Virus record (IMG/VR): IMGVR_UViG_3300023174_000068
Location: 1 to 64,000 of that record
Length of the DNA: 64,000 bases
Reading direction: 5' to 3' (one strand)
Source: a virus
A model generated the notes under the pieces. That model was not told the origin of the DNA and did not search any database. It saw only the letters and a program-made list of their open reading frames with translations. Below are positions 18,644 through 27,897 of this stretch, in pieces. The number at the start of each line of letters is the position of its first letter. The first letter of the stretch is position 1. A program made the position numbers and the translations under genes.

Positions 18644-19690
18644 TTAATTTGACAATTCAGCCTTTATCGAATCAGATGATTGATAATTGGAAATTTTAAT
18701 GTCTTCGTAAGTTAACTCAAAAATTGATGCACCCCTTAACTCCAATTTTGGTAGTTGGAAAGTTTTCTGTTTCATCTGAGTCTTACACTGTTCAATGTGA
18801 TTTAGGTAGATATGGCAATCTCCGCCATTAAAAATTAAATCCCCGGCAATCATATTAACCTCTTTTGCTAAAAGGTGTAAAAGTAAACCATATGAAGATA
18901 TATTAAATGGTAGACCTAAAAATGTATCCACCGAACGCTGGAACCATTTTAAGTCCAGCTTTCTTTTTGGAACTCCCAGTTCATCCAATTTCTCCAAATT
19001 TAAATCATCTCCATATGATATATGTTTACCTAGTGAATCACACCACCATTTAATTCTTTGTTCTAGAGTTAGTTCAGATGTATAACATTGAAATCCAAAA
19101 TGACACGGTGGAAGCAACATATCTGATAATTCACCCACGTTCCAAGCAGAAACCATCAGTCTTCTGGAATCCGGCGTGTTTTTTAATTGCCATATCAAAT
19201 CAGAAATCTGATCGATATAAACCGGTTTTTCATCTTCATATCCCCACTTGTTATAAAAACTAGTAAATTTATCAGTTTTTACTTTTCTCCATTGCCTACC
19301 ATAAACGGGCCCCAAGTCTCCCCACTGGTTTGAAAAATCATCGTCATTTTTAATCTTATCAGAAAACTCTTCTTTACTAAGAGAGACAGAATTTGCATCA
19401 AAAGAATTTTTATATCTTTTGTAGGCATCACCGGTCCAAATATTGACTCCGTTGTCAACTAAATATTTAATGTTGGTGTCTCCACGTAAAAACCAAATTA
19501 GTTCATGAATGATTCCTTTAATAAACATTTTTTTTGATGTTAAAAGCGGAAATCCATCAGACATATCAAATCTCATAGTCCAATCAAATACAGATAATGT
19601 TCCTGTTCCTGTTCTATCAGACTTTAACACCCCATTTTCAAGTATGTGTTTAATTAGTCTAAAATATTGACTATCGACATTATTTTTCAT
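18644..19690 (-). CDS. thyA: Thymidylate synthase
   Basis: DRTGTGT, ELIWFL, LGPVYG, SRRLMVSAWN, LPPCH, QRSVDTFLGLPFN, HIYLNH. Confidence 0.97.
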   Translation of the reverse strand: MKNNVDSQYFRLIKHILENGVLKSDRTGTGTLSVFDWTMRFDMSDGFPLLTSKKMFIKGIIHELIWFLRGDTNIKYLVDNGVNIWTGDAYKRYKNSFDANSVSLSKEEFSDKIKNDDDFSNQWGDLGPVYGRQWRKVKTDKFTSFYNKWGYEDEKPVYIDQISDLIWQLKNTPDSRRLMVSAWNVGELSDMLLPPCHFGFQCYTSELTLEQRIKWWCDSLGKHISYGDDLNLEKLDELGVPKRKLDLKWFQRSVDTFLGLPFNISSYGLLLHLLAKEVNMIAGDLIFNGGDCHIYLNHIEQCKTQMKQKTFQLPKLELRGASIFELTYEDIKISNYQSSDSIKAELSN

Positions 19691-20498
19691 ATTCCATTAC
19701 TTTATTTTTAATGACATAAGGACAACTGTGCTGCCATTTTGGATTGAACCAGAAAGTCCTTCCGGATTTATCTTTACAGGAAATTCCCTTTTGATAATAA
19801 ACCCATTTTTGAAACTCATGATAATCAGTGTCAAATGGATTAGTCCAATCAGATAACTGACCGCCATTTAAAGAATAGGCCTTCATTGGTATGTCTTTAC
19901 ACATATCTAATATTTTCGGAGTTGATTTTATAACAGTTCTTGCTTCTTCGAATGGGTTACAGTCTAAATAGTAGATTATGGTTGATCTTAGATAGTTGCC
20001 AATTCCGTTAAAGTATTGTTGATTTAGTAGCGCCTCACAAATCGGTAAATTAAAGAGGGTCTTATTTAGATTTTCTAAAATGTTATTTTTGAAATGTTCA
20101 AATTCTTTTGTTGGATCAGGTCCCCGCTTAACACCGGTAAATCCGCCAATTTTATATTTTGGACCCATGTACAAACCATATAAAAGAAGCGAATGCCCAT
20201 CAGTAGTATCGAATCTTAATCTAGTAAACTTTCTTTCAGACCAATTTACAGTTGGTGTAAATAACCAATTCCCAGACATTCCCATAAAAACTGAAATTGA
20301 TTGACTGCCTTCTTTGCCACATAACTTAATTTTTAGCTCTTTACCAAATGATTCGGCAATAATTGTAAATTCTGAAAATATCGTAAATTGTTCAGCATTA
20401 TTTCCCCTTAAGACATGAAATGATTTATTAAAAGTTCTACCTATACAATTTTGATTAATATAGTCAGACATTATTTTTAATTCGGCAATTTCAGGCAT
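19680..20498 (-). CDS. Fpg/Nei-family DNA glycosylase (NEIL1-like, zincless finger)
   Basis: N-terminal MPEIAE, FGKEL, FMGMSG, GPDP, H2TH LLNQQYFNGIGNYLR, C-terminal DKSGRTFWF. Confidence 0.88.
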   Translation of the reverse strand: MPEIAELKIMSDYINQNCIGRTFNKSFHVLRGNNAEQFTIFSEFTIIAESFGKELKIKLCGKEGSQSISVFMGMSGNWLFTPTVNWSERKFTRLRFDTTDGHSLLLYGLYMGPKYKIGGFTGVKRGPDPTKEFEHFKNNILENLNKTLFNLPICEALLNQQYFNGIGNYLRSTIIYYLDCNPFEEARTVIKSTPKILDMCKDIPMKAYSLNGGQLSDWTNPFDTDYHEFQKWVYYQKGISCKDKSGRTFWFNPKWQHSCPYVIKNKVMEYEK

Positions 20499-20547
20499 TA
20501 CGGATTTTATTAGGTTGGTTTAATTTTGTTTACAATGTTCAAAAAAA

Positions 20548-20889
20548 TTACTTACTATTTGGAAATTTTTCTTTTTTTAGCTCCTCTAAAATTTCCAAAA
20601 CCATCTCGACTTCTAAAACTAAGTCACTAAAATCTTTTTTATGAGCCTTTTCTCCCCAAAATTTCCAAAAAATAAAGTGACAGAATATAAAAAATGCATA
20701 CATCGACGCCGAGTTGCATAAGATAAAGGGATAAGCTAAGAATATAGCCATAGTGAGTACCCACATAAAATAAGAGGAACAACAACGTAACATTATCTTG
20801 TGCTGTAATACATAATGATTGAATTTTTTCTGTGAGAAATTCTGTGTGGTTATGGTCTCTTCAGCTTTTAATTTATTATAGTCTAGCAT
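20548..20889 (-). CDS. Small membrane protein
   Basis: Two hydrophobic helices; TATATAA upstream. Confidence 0.65.
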   Translation of the reverse strand: MLDYNKLKAEETITTQNFSQKKFNHYVLQHKIMLRCCSSYFMWVLTMAIFLAYPFILCNSASMYAFFIFCHFIFWKFWGEKAHKKDFSDLVLEVEMVLEILEELKKEKFPNSK

Positions 20890-20964
20890 ACCCGTTATAT
20901 AGAAAAAAGTAAAGTTTGTTGGGTTTATAAACTTATAAGAACCCAGCTATTAGATATATACTAT

Positions 20965-21141
20965 ATGCAAACAGATAAAACAAAAAAAAATCTTAAAATT
21001 CTGCAAACAGAAAAATCTTTGAAAAAAATCTGTAAAGAAAGGGGATGGAATATAGATAAGTTAACAACATCTCAAATCCTGTTTATTTACAGTTTACCAG
21101 AGTTTAATAATAATCGCCAGATCCAGCAACCTGGACTCTAA
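20965..21141 (+). CDS. Small hypothetical protein (58 aa)
   Basis: Manual translation MQTDKTKKN...CKERGWNIDKLTTSQILFI...; GATATATA directly upstream. Confidence 0.55.
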   Translation: MQTDKTKKNLKILQTEKSLKKICKERGWNIDKLTTSQILFIYSLPEFNNNRQIQQPGL

Positions 21142-21859
21142 CCACCGGTAGACTTTCCCAATCGATTTTGCAAACTACATCACAAAGTTGTTCTAAGTGT
21201 TTGATATCCTGTTTTTCTGAAACTGAATGCTCGTTGTAATATCCAACAGATATGTTTGTGCATTCCAAAATCAATTGTGTAAATTGTGCAGAGTCGGTAT
21301 AAATTCCAGTTGGATCAGGTCTATAATTAAAATTATCATTTTTTTCATTTAACATCCGACTAAGCGCCGTTGCAAATTCAATTGAACAACAAGGACCATA
21401 TATTTGCTCAGTGATGACAGAACTGGTTCCCCTTCTATCAAAAGAAACACATTTTGTGATTGTTTTTTTTGGATCAAATATTTCCCAATTTTCAGCCAAC
21501 TTAGAAGACCCGATACAACCCCGTTCTTCACCAACAAAAAAGAAATAAAGACCAGAAACACCAGATTCAATCATATTTAGCAAAACCACCATGCCAGCTT
21601 TATCATCGGCTCCTAAGATAGAAGACCCATCAGTTTTAATAAAATTATCCACAAAAACATGGTTAACTGGTTGGTTAAATGCAGAGGCGGTATCTAAGTG
21701 ACAAGTAAACATAGTGGTGGGGTTTTCACCTACTTTGATGTAAAAATTTCCAAATCCATCTCCTAAATAACCCTCTGGTAGATGACAAATAAGTTCACTC
21801 TCGGTTCCATGGGGATAGGTTTTGGTAGTCAATTGTAAAAATTTTTCTTTTATATTCAT
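21104..21859 (-). CDS. M20/M28-family zinc peptidase
   Basis: CHLDT, LGADDKAG, GEERGCIGS, SFDRRG, YTDS, NISVGYYNEH. Confidence 0.88.
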   Translation of the reverse strand: MNIKEKFLQLTTKTYPHGTESELICHLPEGYLGDGFGNFYIKVGENPTTMFTCHLDTASAFNQPVNHVFVDNFIKTDGSSILGADDKAGMVVLLNMIESGVSGLYFFFVGEERGCIGSSKLAENWEIFDPKKTITKCVSFDRRGTSSVITEQIYGPCCSIEFATALSRMLNEKNDNFNYRPDPTGIYTDSAQFTQLILECTNISVGYYNEHSVSEKQDIKHLEQLCDVVCKIDWESLPVVRVQVAGSGDYY

Positions 21860-21869
21860 TTTCTGATTT

Positions 21870-22400
21870 TTATTTTGTAAAAAGGTGTTCGATTTTTTTA
21901 TCTCTTATATAGGCCAATCTAAGTGAGTCGATAGTAGATTGTATGCCATTTATCTTATCATGTAACCAAATATCGCTTCTATTAAAGTCTTTATACTCTG
22001 TTCTGATTAGAAAATCATTAACGTCATCTCCAGTTTTGTAGTGGTATTCTTTGGCCACAATGATAAAATCGACATTTAACTTCTGTATTTCTGAAATATA
22101 AAGAAAAAGTTCAGTTCTATTAAGTGACCAAAAATCAAAAACTAGCAAATCAACTCTAAAAAGATTTGATTTCTCTGATATTTTTTCTCTGAAGTCATCA
22201 AAGTTATTAAATTCCAATTTATTACTTAGATAGTGATAGAGGCAAAGTTCCACAGTCTTATTCACTGTATCGACCCTAGGAGGAGTAAGCACCAAATAAT
22301 TATGACCGGCTAATTCAAAGAAATTGACAATATCAGAAACACCACGAGCGACACAATTAATGTCTCCGGTAAAGTAATTATATTTCTTTAAGTTAATCAT
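21870..22400 (-). CDS. Hypothetical protein
   Basis: 176-aa ORF with an LLVFD strand; function not assignable. Confidence 0.7.
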   Translation of the reverse strand: MINLKKYNYFTGDINCVARGVSDIVNFFELAGHNYLVLTPPRVDTVNKTVELCLYHYLSNKLEFNNFDDFREKISEKSNLFRVDLLVFDFWSLNRTELFLYISEIQKLNVDFIIVAKEYHYKTGDDVNDFLIRTEYKDFNRSDIWLHDKINGIQSTIDSLRLAYIRDKKIEHLFTK

Positions 22401-22435
22401 TTTATATAAGTGTTATATCTAGTTATATATAGTTT

Positions 22436-25400
22436 ATGATATTATTAACAAATATAAAAAAAGATATTTTAAGCAATTATAGTGGAGAATTCTGGGATTG
22501 TTTAAGACATAACTCTCTAAATACAAATATCACAAAAATTATAGTTTTCTCAGATACCGAAATAAAAAACATCCATAATATTCAAAAGGTATCATTTATC
22601 ACTAAATCTCAAATTTCTGACAGGGAGTTATATAATTTTTCAAATGCAAATTCAATAATTAAAAGTGACCCATTTGTTAAGTTTCATCATGATTTAAAAA
22701 AAATTTCAGACTTAGAATTAAAAAGTTTTATTTTAGTAGGTGATGGATTTGAGATATTTTCTAGATTTACAAAATCAGATTTGATTTCAAAAAATAGAGA
22801 TAAGTCCAAACCGGCGAATATCTACACGGTTAGAAAAAAAATTGTGTCAAAAAAAATTAAGCCCCAAATAACTGAGCCAGAAAAAACCACCTCTCAATTT
22901 GGAACAGCAACTATTTCAGACAACAAATTAGACGTGGTTATTCTTTCTGTTGACTACAATGACTTTCTTATACTAACTCTTGCTAAAAACATACAATTTT
23001 TTGAAAACATCACGGTCATAACAACAAAAGAGGATTTAGTTTGTCAACAAATTTGTAACAAACTTGGAGTCAAATTTTTAACAACAGACGCCATGTATCG
23101 CGGAGGTTCAAAATTTAATAAGGGTGCTGCAATGGAATTTGCAATAAAATCTCTTGATAATCCTGAATTTATCTTACTTTTAGACTGTGACATTATAATA
23201 AAAAATCCGATAGATGTCTCAAAATTAGAATGTGATGTACTCTATACAAAAGATAGAGTGATATTAGAAGATTATCAGACGTGGCTTAGTTATCAGAAAA
23301 ACGGAGTGGAATTTGAAAACAGTCAGATAAACCCAGATGAAAGAGGCCTTGGGTTTTTTCAGTTATTTCATATTGATTCAAAATGCATAGATAGAAATTC
23401 TCCTTATCCAACAGATTCAGGGGATGCCTCTTGGACCGACCTAAAGTTTAGAGATAAATTTCAGAAAAGAGTCAACTTAGGCCGGTGTGTTCACTTAGGA
23501 AGCCCTTACAAAAACTGGAGTGGAAGATTGACATCCGAGTTTATTGAAGTAGAGGAATTTAGTAAATTATTTCAAAAAATTTCTATGTCAGGCATAAATT
23601 CTTACTTTGATAACATATACTGTCTTAACTTGGACAGAAGAACAGATAGATGGATTGAAATGTCTAAAAAATTTCAAAGTTGGAATATGTCGGTAGAGAG
23701 GTTTTCGGCCATAGACGGAGAAAACCTACCAGACGAAGAAATTTACATTCCCACTGAAATAGAAAATAAATACTCTCTATGTTGTCTTAGAAGTCATAGA
23801 AATATAATATTAGATGCTAAAGATAAAAATTATGATAAAATTTTAATATTTGAAGATGATGTAATTTTTGATAAAGATTTTGAAAAAAAATTAAAACAAA
23901 TAAAAAAAATTTTTTGGAAATTACTTTATTTAGGCGCATCTCAATTTGATTGGAAAGGTATAAAAATTAAAGATGGATTTTATAACTGCAAAAAGACTTT
24001 AGGAACCTTTGCCTATGCAATTGACAGAAGCATGTATGACATAATTTTAGAAGCAACTAAGTTAGAAGAAAAACCAATAGACCATTATTTATCGAATTTA
24101 CAAGAAAACAATAATCAATATTGCTTTAGTTTTTTCCCACACATAGTAATATCAAATGTCACAAATTCAGAAATCAGAGATCCCAAAAAATTTGATGATT
24201 ATGCTAGAATTTGCAAATGGAATTTAGAAAACTTCAATTTAGAAGAAAATGGTAATAATCCTAAAAAGTCAATTTCAATAATAGTTCCATGTTATAATCA
24301 ATCTAAATTTCTAATCGAATGTGTAGATTCCTGTTTGAACCAAACAATTGTTCCAAGTGAGATAGTAGTATTACTAATGGATGAAAAGTCGATTGATTTA
24401 TCAAACATCTTACAAAAAAAGTCAACTATCATAAAGTGTATAGAATCTGAAAAGATGTTTCTATCAGAAGCAAGAAATAAATTAGTAAGTTTAGTGACTT
24501 CTGATTATTTTATACCACTTGATGCTGATGATACTTTACCAGAAAACTTTTTAGAAGAAGTATCAAAAATAAATGCTGATGTTGTATATGTTGGTTCAAA
24601 ATATTTTGGTTCAAAAAACGGAACTTGGCCTGATCCGATAAACGAAGAAATAGATTGGACAAAGCTAACAACTTTTAGAAGAAATTCATTAGTATGCACA
24701 GCTCTTATAAAAAGGCAGTCATTTATTGAATCTGGTCTGTACAATGAAAAACTTTGGGCATTTGAAGACATGGCTCTTTGGATTAAAATGTTTGAAAAAA
24801 AATTTGACTTTAAAAAATGTTTTAACACGCATTTAAATTACAGAAAGCACGAAACTCAGAGTTCACTTCTTGTTCGAGCAACGTCAAGCGAAGAAAACAA
24901 AAAAGAACTTAAAGACATAATTATGACCGATGTCTTTTATAAAAGGACTCCTAAAATTATACACTATGTTTGGATAGGAGATAAGAAATTTTCATCAGAA
25001 ATTCTTAATAATTGGAAAAAATACTTACCAGAAAGTGAATGGACCTATATGTTTTGGAACGAAGAGAATTTTGATATGTCTTCTTCAAAATTTTTACAAA
25101 AATCATATCAATTAAAAAAGTATGGTATATGCGTCGATTATATAAGAGCTAAAGTTTTATATGAATGGGGAGGTGTTTGGTTAGACACAGATTGTGTTAT
25201 TAACGATGATATATCACCATTTCTTCAATATGACTTTTTTTCAAGTTGGGAAAATGAAAATTTCATAAATATTGGATTAATAGGGTGTAGCCCAAGACTT
25301 GAACAAATTAAAAATATACTAAACTTCTATACTGATATAGATCCAAAATATGAAGTATTAAATGACCACTTTTCTTTTGTCAAAGAAATAGGAACCGGTC

Positions 25401-25651
25401 CAATAATATTGACAAATGAGATTTTAAAAACATCAAATATAAGAAATGGTGGATTTACAAAAGAATTTACAATCGATGATAAAAAGTTCTTGATTGAGAC
25501 TCCGGATGTATTTGTCATAGATGACAGGTCGAGTGGTAGAATCAATTACGCCGTTCATCTTTTTGAAGGTTCTTGGACAGAAAAGAAAGAAAAATGGTCA
25601 GATGTTGTAAAACTTTCTTATGACCAATGGAAATCTAAAAATAATATCTAG
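22436..25651 (+). CDS. Multidomain glycosyltransferase (GT-A/GT2-like + GT25 + GT2 + GT32-like)
   Basis: FNKG..LLLDCD; YCLNLDRRTDRW..LIFEDD; SIIVPCYNQ..PLDADD..FED; PKIIHYVW..DYIR..GGVWLDTD. Confidence 0.88.
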   Translation: MILLTNIKKDILSNYSGEFWDCLRHNSLNTNITKIIVFSDTEIKNIHNIQKVSFITKSQISDRELYNFSNANSIIKSDPFVKFHHDLKKISDLELKSFILVGDGFEIFSRFTKSDLISKNRDKSKPANIYTVRKKIVSKKIKPQITEPEKTTSQFGTATISDNKLDVVILSVDYNDFLILTLAKNIQFFENITVITTKEDLVCQQICNKLGVKFLTTDAMYRGGSKFNKGAAMEFAIKSLDNPEFILLLDCDIIIKNPIDVSKLECDVLYTKDRVILEDYQTWLSYQKNGVEFENSQINPDERGLGFFQLFHIDSKCIDRNSPYPTDSGDASWTDLKFRDKFQKRVNLGRCVHLGSPYKNWSGRLTSEFIEVEEFSKLFQKISMSGINSYFDNIYCLNLDRRTDRWIEMSKKFQSWNMSVERFSAIDGENLPDEEIYIPTEIENKYSLCCLRSHRNIILDAKDKNYDKILIFEDDVIFDKDFEKKLKQIKKIFWKLLYLGASQFDWKGIKIKDGFYNCKKTLGTFAYAIDRSMYDIILEATKLEEKPIDHYLSNLQENNNQYCFSFFPHIVISNVTNSEIRDPKKFDDYARICKWNLENFNLEENGNNPKKSISIIVPCYNQSKFLIECVDSCLNQTIVPSEIVVLLMDEKSIDLSNILQKKSTIIKCIESEKMFLSEARNKLVSLVTSDYFIPLDADDTLPENFLEEVSKINADVVYVGSKYFGSKNGTWPDPINEEIDWTKLTTFRRNSLVCTALIKRQSFIESGLYNEKLWAFEDMALWIKMFEKKFDFKKCFNTHLNYRKHETQSSLLVRATSSEENKKELKDIIMTDVFYKRTPKIIHYVWIGDKKFSSEILNNWKKYLPESEWTYMFWNEENFDMSSSKFLQKSYQLKKYGICVDYIRAKVLYEWGGVWLDTDCVINDDISPFLQYDFFSSWENENFINIGLIGCSPRLEQIKNILNFYTDIDPKYEVLNDHFSFVKEIGTGPIILTNEILKTSNIRNGGFTKEFTIDDKKFLIETPDVFVIDDRSSGRINYAVHLFEGSWTEKKEKWSDVVKLSYDQWKSKNNI

Positions 25652-25655
25652 TGGT

Positions 25656-26330
25656 ATGTCGAAAAAAAGAGTTATTATTTTAGGAAAAGGTCGAAGTGGA
25701 ACTACTTTGATGCAGAGGATTTTACACTGCGCAATAGACGATGGTTTTTTTTGTGGAGAAAATGGTGGTTTTTGGTTCTTCATGTACTATGCAATGTATG
25801 GCACAGGGAGTGACTTACCAGGGTTTGTGAGAACCGAATTGTCTAAAGAAGGCGAGTATACAAAAGAAGATAATTATAAACCGTGTTGGTGGAATTTTTA
25901 TAACAAAGAAAAACTTCTACAAGATTACAGAAATTTATTTGATAACATGTACTTGTCACACAAAAGTAGGGTTTTTGGATTTAAAGAAATTCGATTTCCA
26001 TCTGATTACACCAGTTTACAAAATTATATAAACTTCCTCAAAGAATTATTCCCGGATATTTTTTTTATTTTCACCGTCAGAGATATCGAAACTCTATCAA
26101 AGTCGGGTTGGTGGCCAGAATCAATATCACAAGATGCCAATGTCAGATTGGATATCATAAAATCTCAAGAAAATTTGACTGAAATATCAAAGAATAACTC
26201 AAATTGTTTGCTATTTAGATATGAAAACTACTCTAGTATTGAAGAGATTGAAAAAGTTTTTCATTTTCTAGGAGAATACATAAATCATGAGAAAATAAAG
26301 ATGGTTTTATCAAATAGGTATAATAACTAA
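25656..26330 (+). CDS. Sulfotransferase-family protein
   Basis: Likely start MSKKRVIILGKGRSGTT (PAPS-binding loop), FGFKEIR, FTVRD, RYE. Confidence 0.8.
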   Translation: MSKKRVIILGKGRSGTTLMQRILHCAIDDGFFCGENGGFWFFMYYAMYGTGSDLPGFVRTELSKEGEYTKEDNYKPCWWNFYNKEKLLQDYRNLFDNMYLSHKSRVFGFKEIRFPSDYTSLQNYINFLKELFPDIFFIFTVRDIETLSKSGWWPESISQDANVRLDIIKSQENLTEISKNNSNCLLFRYENYSSIEEIEKVFHFLGEYINHEKIKMVLSNRYNN

Positions 26331-26372
26331 AACAAAATTATAGTCACTACCTATAATAATAAAAAAAATTCT

Positions 26373-27134
26373 ATGTCAAGTCCCTATTCATTTACTTACA
26401 TCATAGGTTATCGCCATCAACCCGATAGACTACAAAATCTAAGGAGAGTTCTTGATTGGATTAATGGTTTTCAAAATGTTGATATTATCGTTGTTGAACA
26501 GGATAAACATTCTAAAATTTCACACTTAAATCTAAAATGTAGGCATCTATTTCTTAGAACAAATCAACCGTATAATAAATCTTGGTCATTTAACTATGCT
26601 ACTAAAATGGCAAAATCTAATATTGTGGTTTTTGCAGACTCTGACTTAATAATGAATCCACAAGAATTTATTGAAAGTCTAAAAATGTTAGAACAATATG
26701 AAATGGTAAATCCATATAAGTCGGTAATTGACCTACAACCCGACGAATCATCTCTACCATTAGAAAACTTATTTGCTATTACTCGACCAGGCCGAGGAGA
26801 AACTGACCATCAAAAAGTTCCAATTTGTGGAGGTATCTGTATTTTTAGAAAAGAAGCCATTAACAAAATTGGTGGTTGGAATGAAAGGTTTGTAGGATGG
26901 GGCGCAGAAGATGATTTTGTTTCGATTAAAGTAGAACATTTTCTAAAATGGAAACAACAAGATTTTAGGTGTTTTCACCTGCATCACAACAGACCGGCTC
27001 CTAATATGCAGGATTATCAAAAAAATCTTACACTACACAATACTTATAAGAATATGAGTAAAGAAGAAATGAGAAAAATCTTATATCAAGATGTTCCAAA
27101 AAATGGTATGAAAAATAAATATGATGTTTTCTAG
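26373..27134 (+). CDS. Glycosyltransferase (GT2 with GT7-like C-terminus)
   Basis: VVEQD, YNKSWSFN, FADSD, GGWNERFVGWGAEDD, HLHH. Confidence 0.88.
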   Translation: MSSPYSFTYIIGYRHQPDRLQNLRRVLDWINGFQNVDIIVVEQDKHSKISHLNLKCRHLFLRTNQPYNKSWSFNYATKMAKSNIVVFADSDLIMNPQEFIESLKMLEQYEMVNPYKSVIDLQPDESSLPLENLFAITRPGRGETDHQKVPICGGICIFRKEAINKIGGWNERFVGWGAEDDFVSIKVEHFLKWKQQDFRCFHLHHNRPAPNMQDYQKNLTLHNTYKNMSKEEMRKILYQDVPKNGMKNKYDVF

Positions 27135-27330
27135 ATTTTGGGATTGGATTAGGACATCTTTTACTAAAACTTCATCTTCTAAAAAGAGGTCTTTGACTGA
27201 CGAAGAGTTTATTGAATTTAAGTCTAAAAGACAAAAAAAATTAGACTCTATATTGGACAAAATATCAAAAAACGGAATTGATTCCCTTTCAAATAGTGAA
27301 AAGAACTTTTTAGATAATTTTCAAAGATGA
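27121..27330 (+). CDS. Small DUF6576-like protein
   Basis: LDSILDKISKNGIDSLSNSEKNFL. Confidence 0.7.
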   Translation: MMFSRFWDWIRTSFTKTSSSKKRSLTDEEFIEFKSKRQKKLDSILDKISKNGIDSLSNSEKNFLDNFQR

Positions 27331-27873
27331 TTAATTTTTTGAGGCAACTCTAAGTTTATCATACTTACTTAAAAGCGACCACATATCAGACCATTCTTGT
27401 TTTGGATTTTTTACCACTTTCTGATTCCATCGATTGTTGTTAAAATACTCCACTATCATTCCTGTTTTTAACTCATCCACACTTTTTGGACTCCAATACC
27501 TCCTTTTTTCAACAAACGAAAAGCTAAGTCCATTAACTAAATAAGACATATTATCATCATCTGTGTTATACATAGTCTGAGACATAGGTCTTTCTTGACC
27601 ATCTCTAAATATCTTCATAACTTCGGTGTGTGCAAAGTATTTAATAAATCCAGAGTCTTGATTAAAGATATCAAGTAGAAAAATAATTTCGTTTCTTAAC
27701 TGGTCATTGTCGAAATTTCCCCAAGCAATCACAGAATCTTCATAGTTTCCTCTATAGTACCCCTTAATTGGAGTGACCTGAAATTCTTTAGTATAAAGAA
27801 CGGAAATTAAATCATCTATTTTTTTAGAAGACAATAATATAAAAGATAAGTCTGGGTTGTTTAAATCAATCAC
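27331..27873 (-). CDS. Hypothetical protein
   Basis: 180-aa ORF, GTG start directly after AATATATA. Confidence 0.75.
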   Translation of the reverse strand: MIDLNNPDLSFILLSSKKIDDLISVLYTKEFQVTPIKGYYRGNYEDSVIAWGNFDNDQLRNEIIFLLDIFNQDSGFIKYFAHTEVMKIFRDGQERPMSQTMYNTDDDNMSYLVNGLSFSFVEKRRYWSPKSVDELKTGMIVEYFNNNRWNQKVVKNPKQEWSDMWSLLSKYDKLRVASKN

Positions 27874-27897
27874 TCAGTATATATTAAAATATACCAG

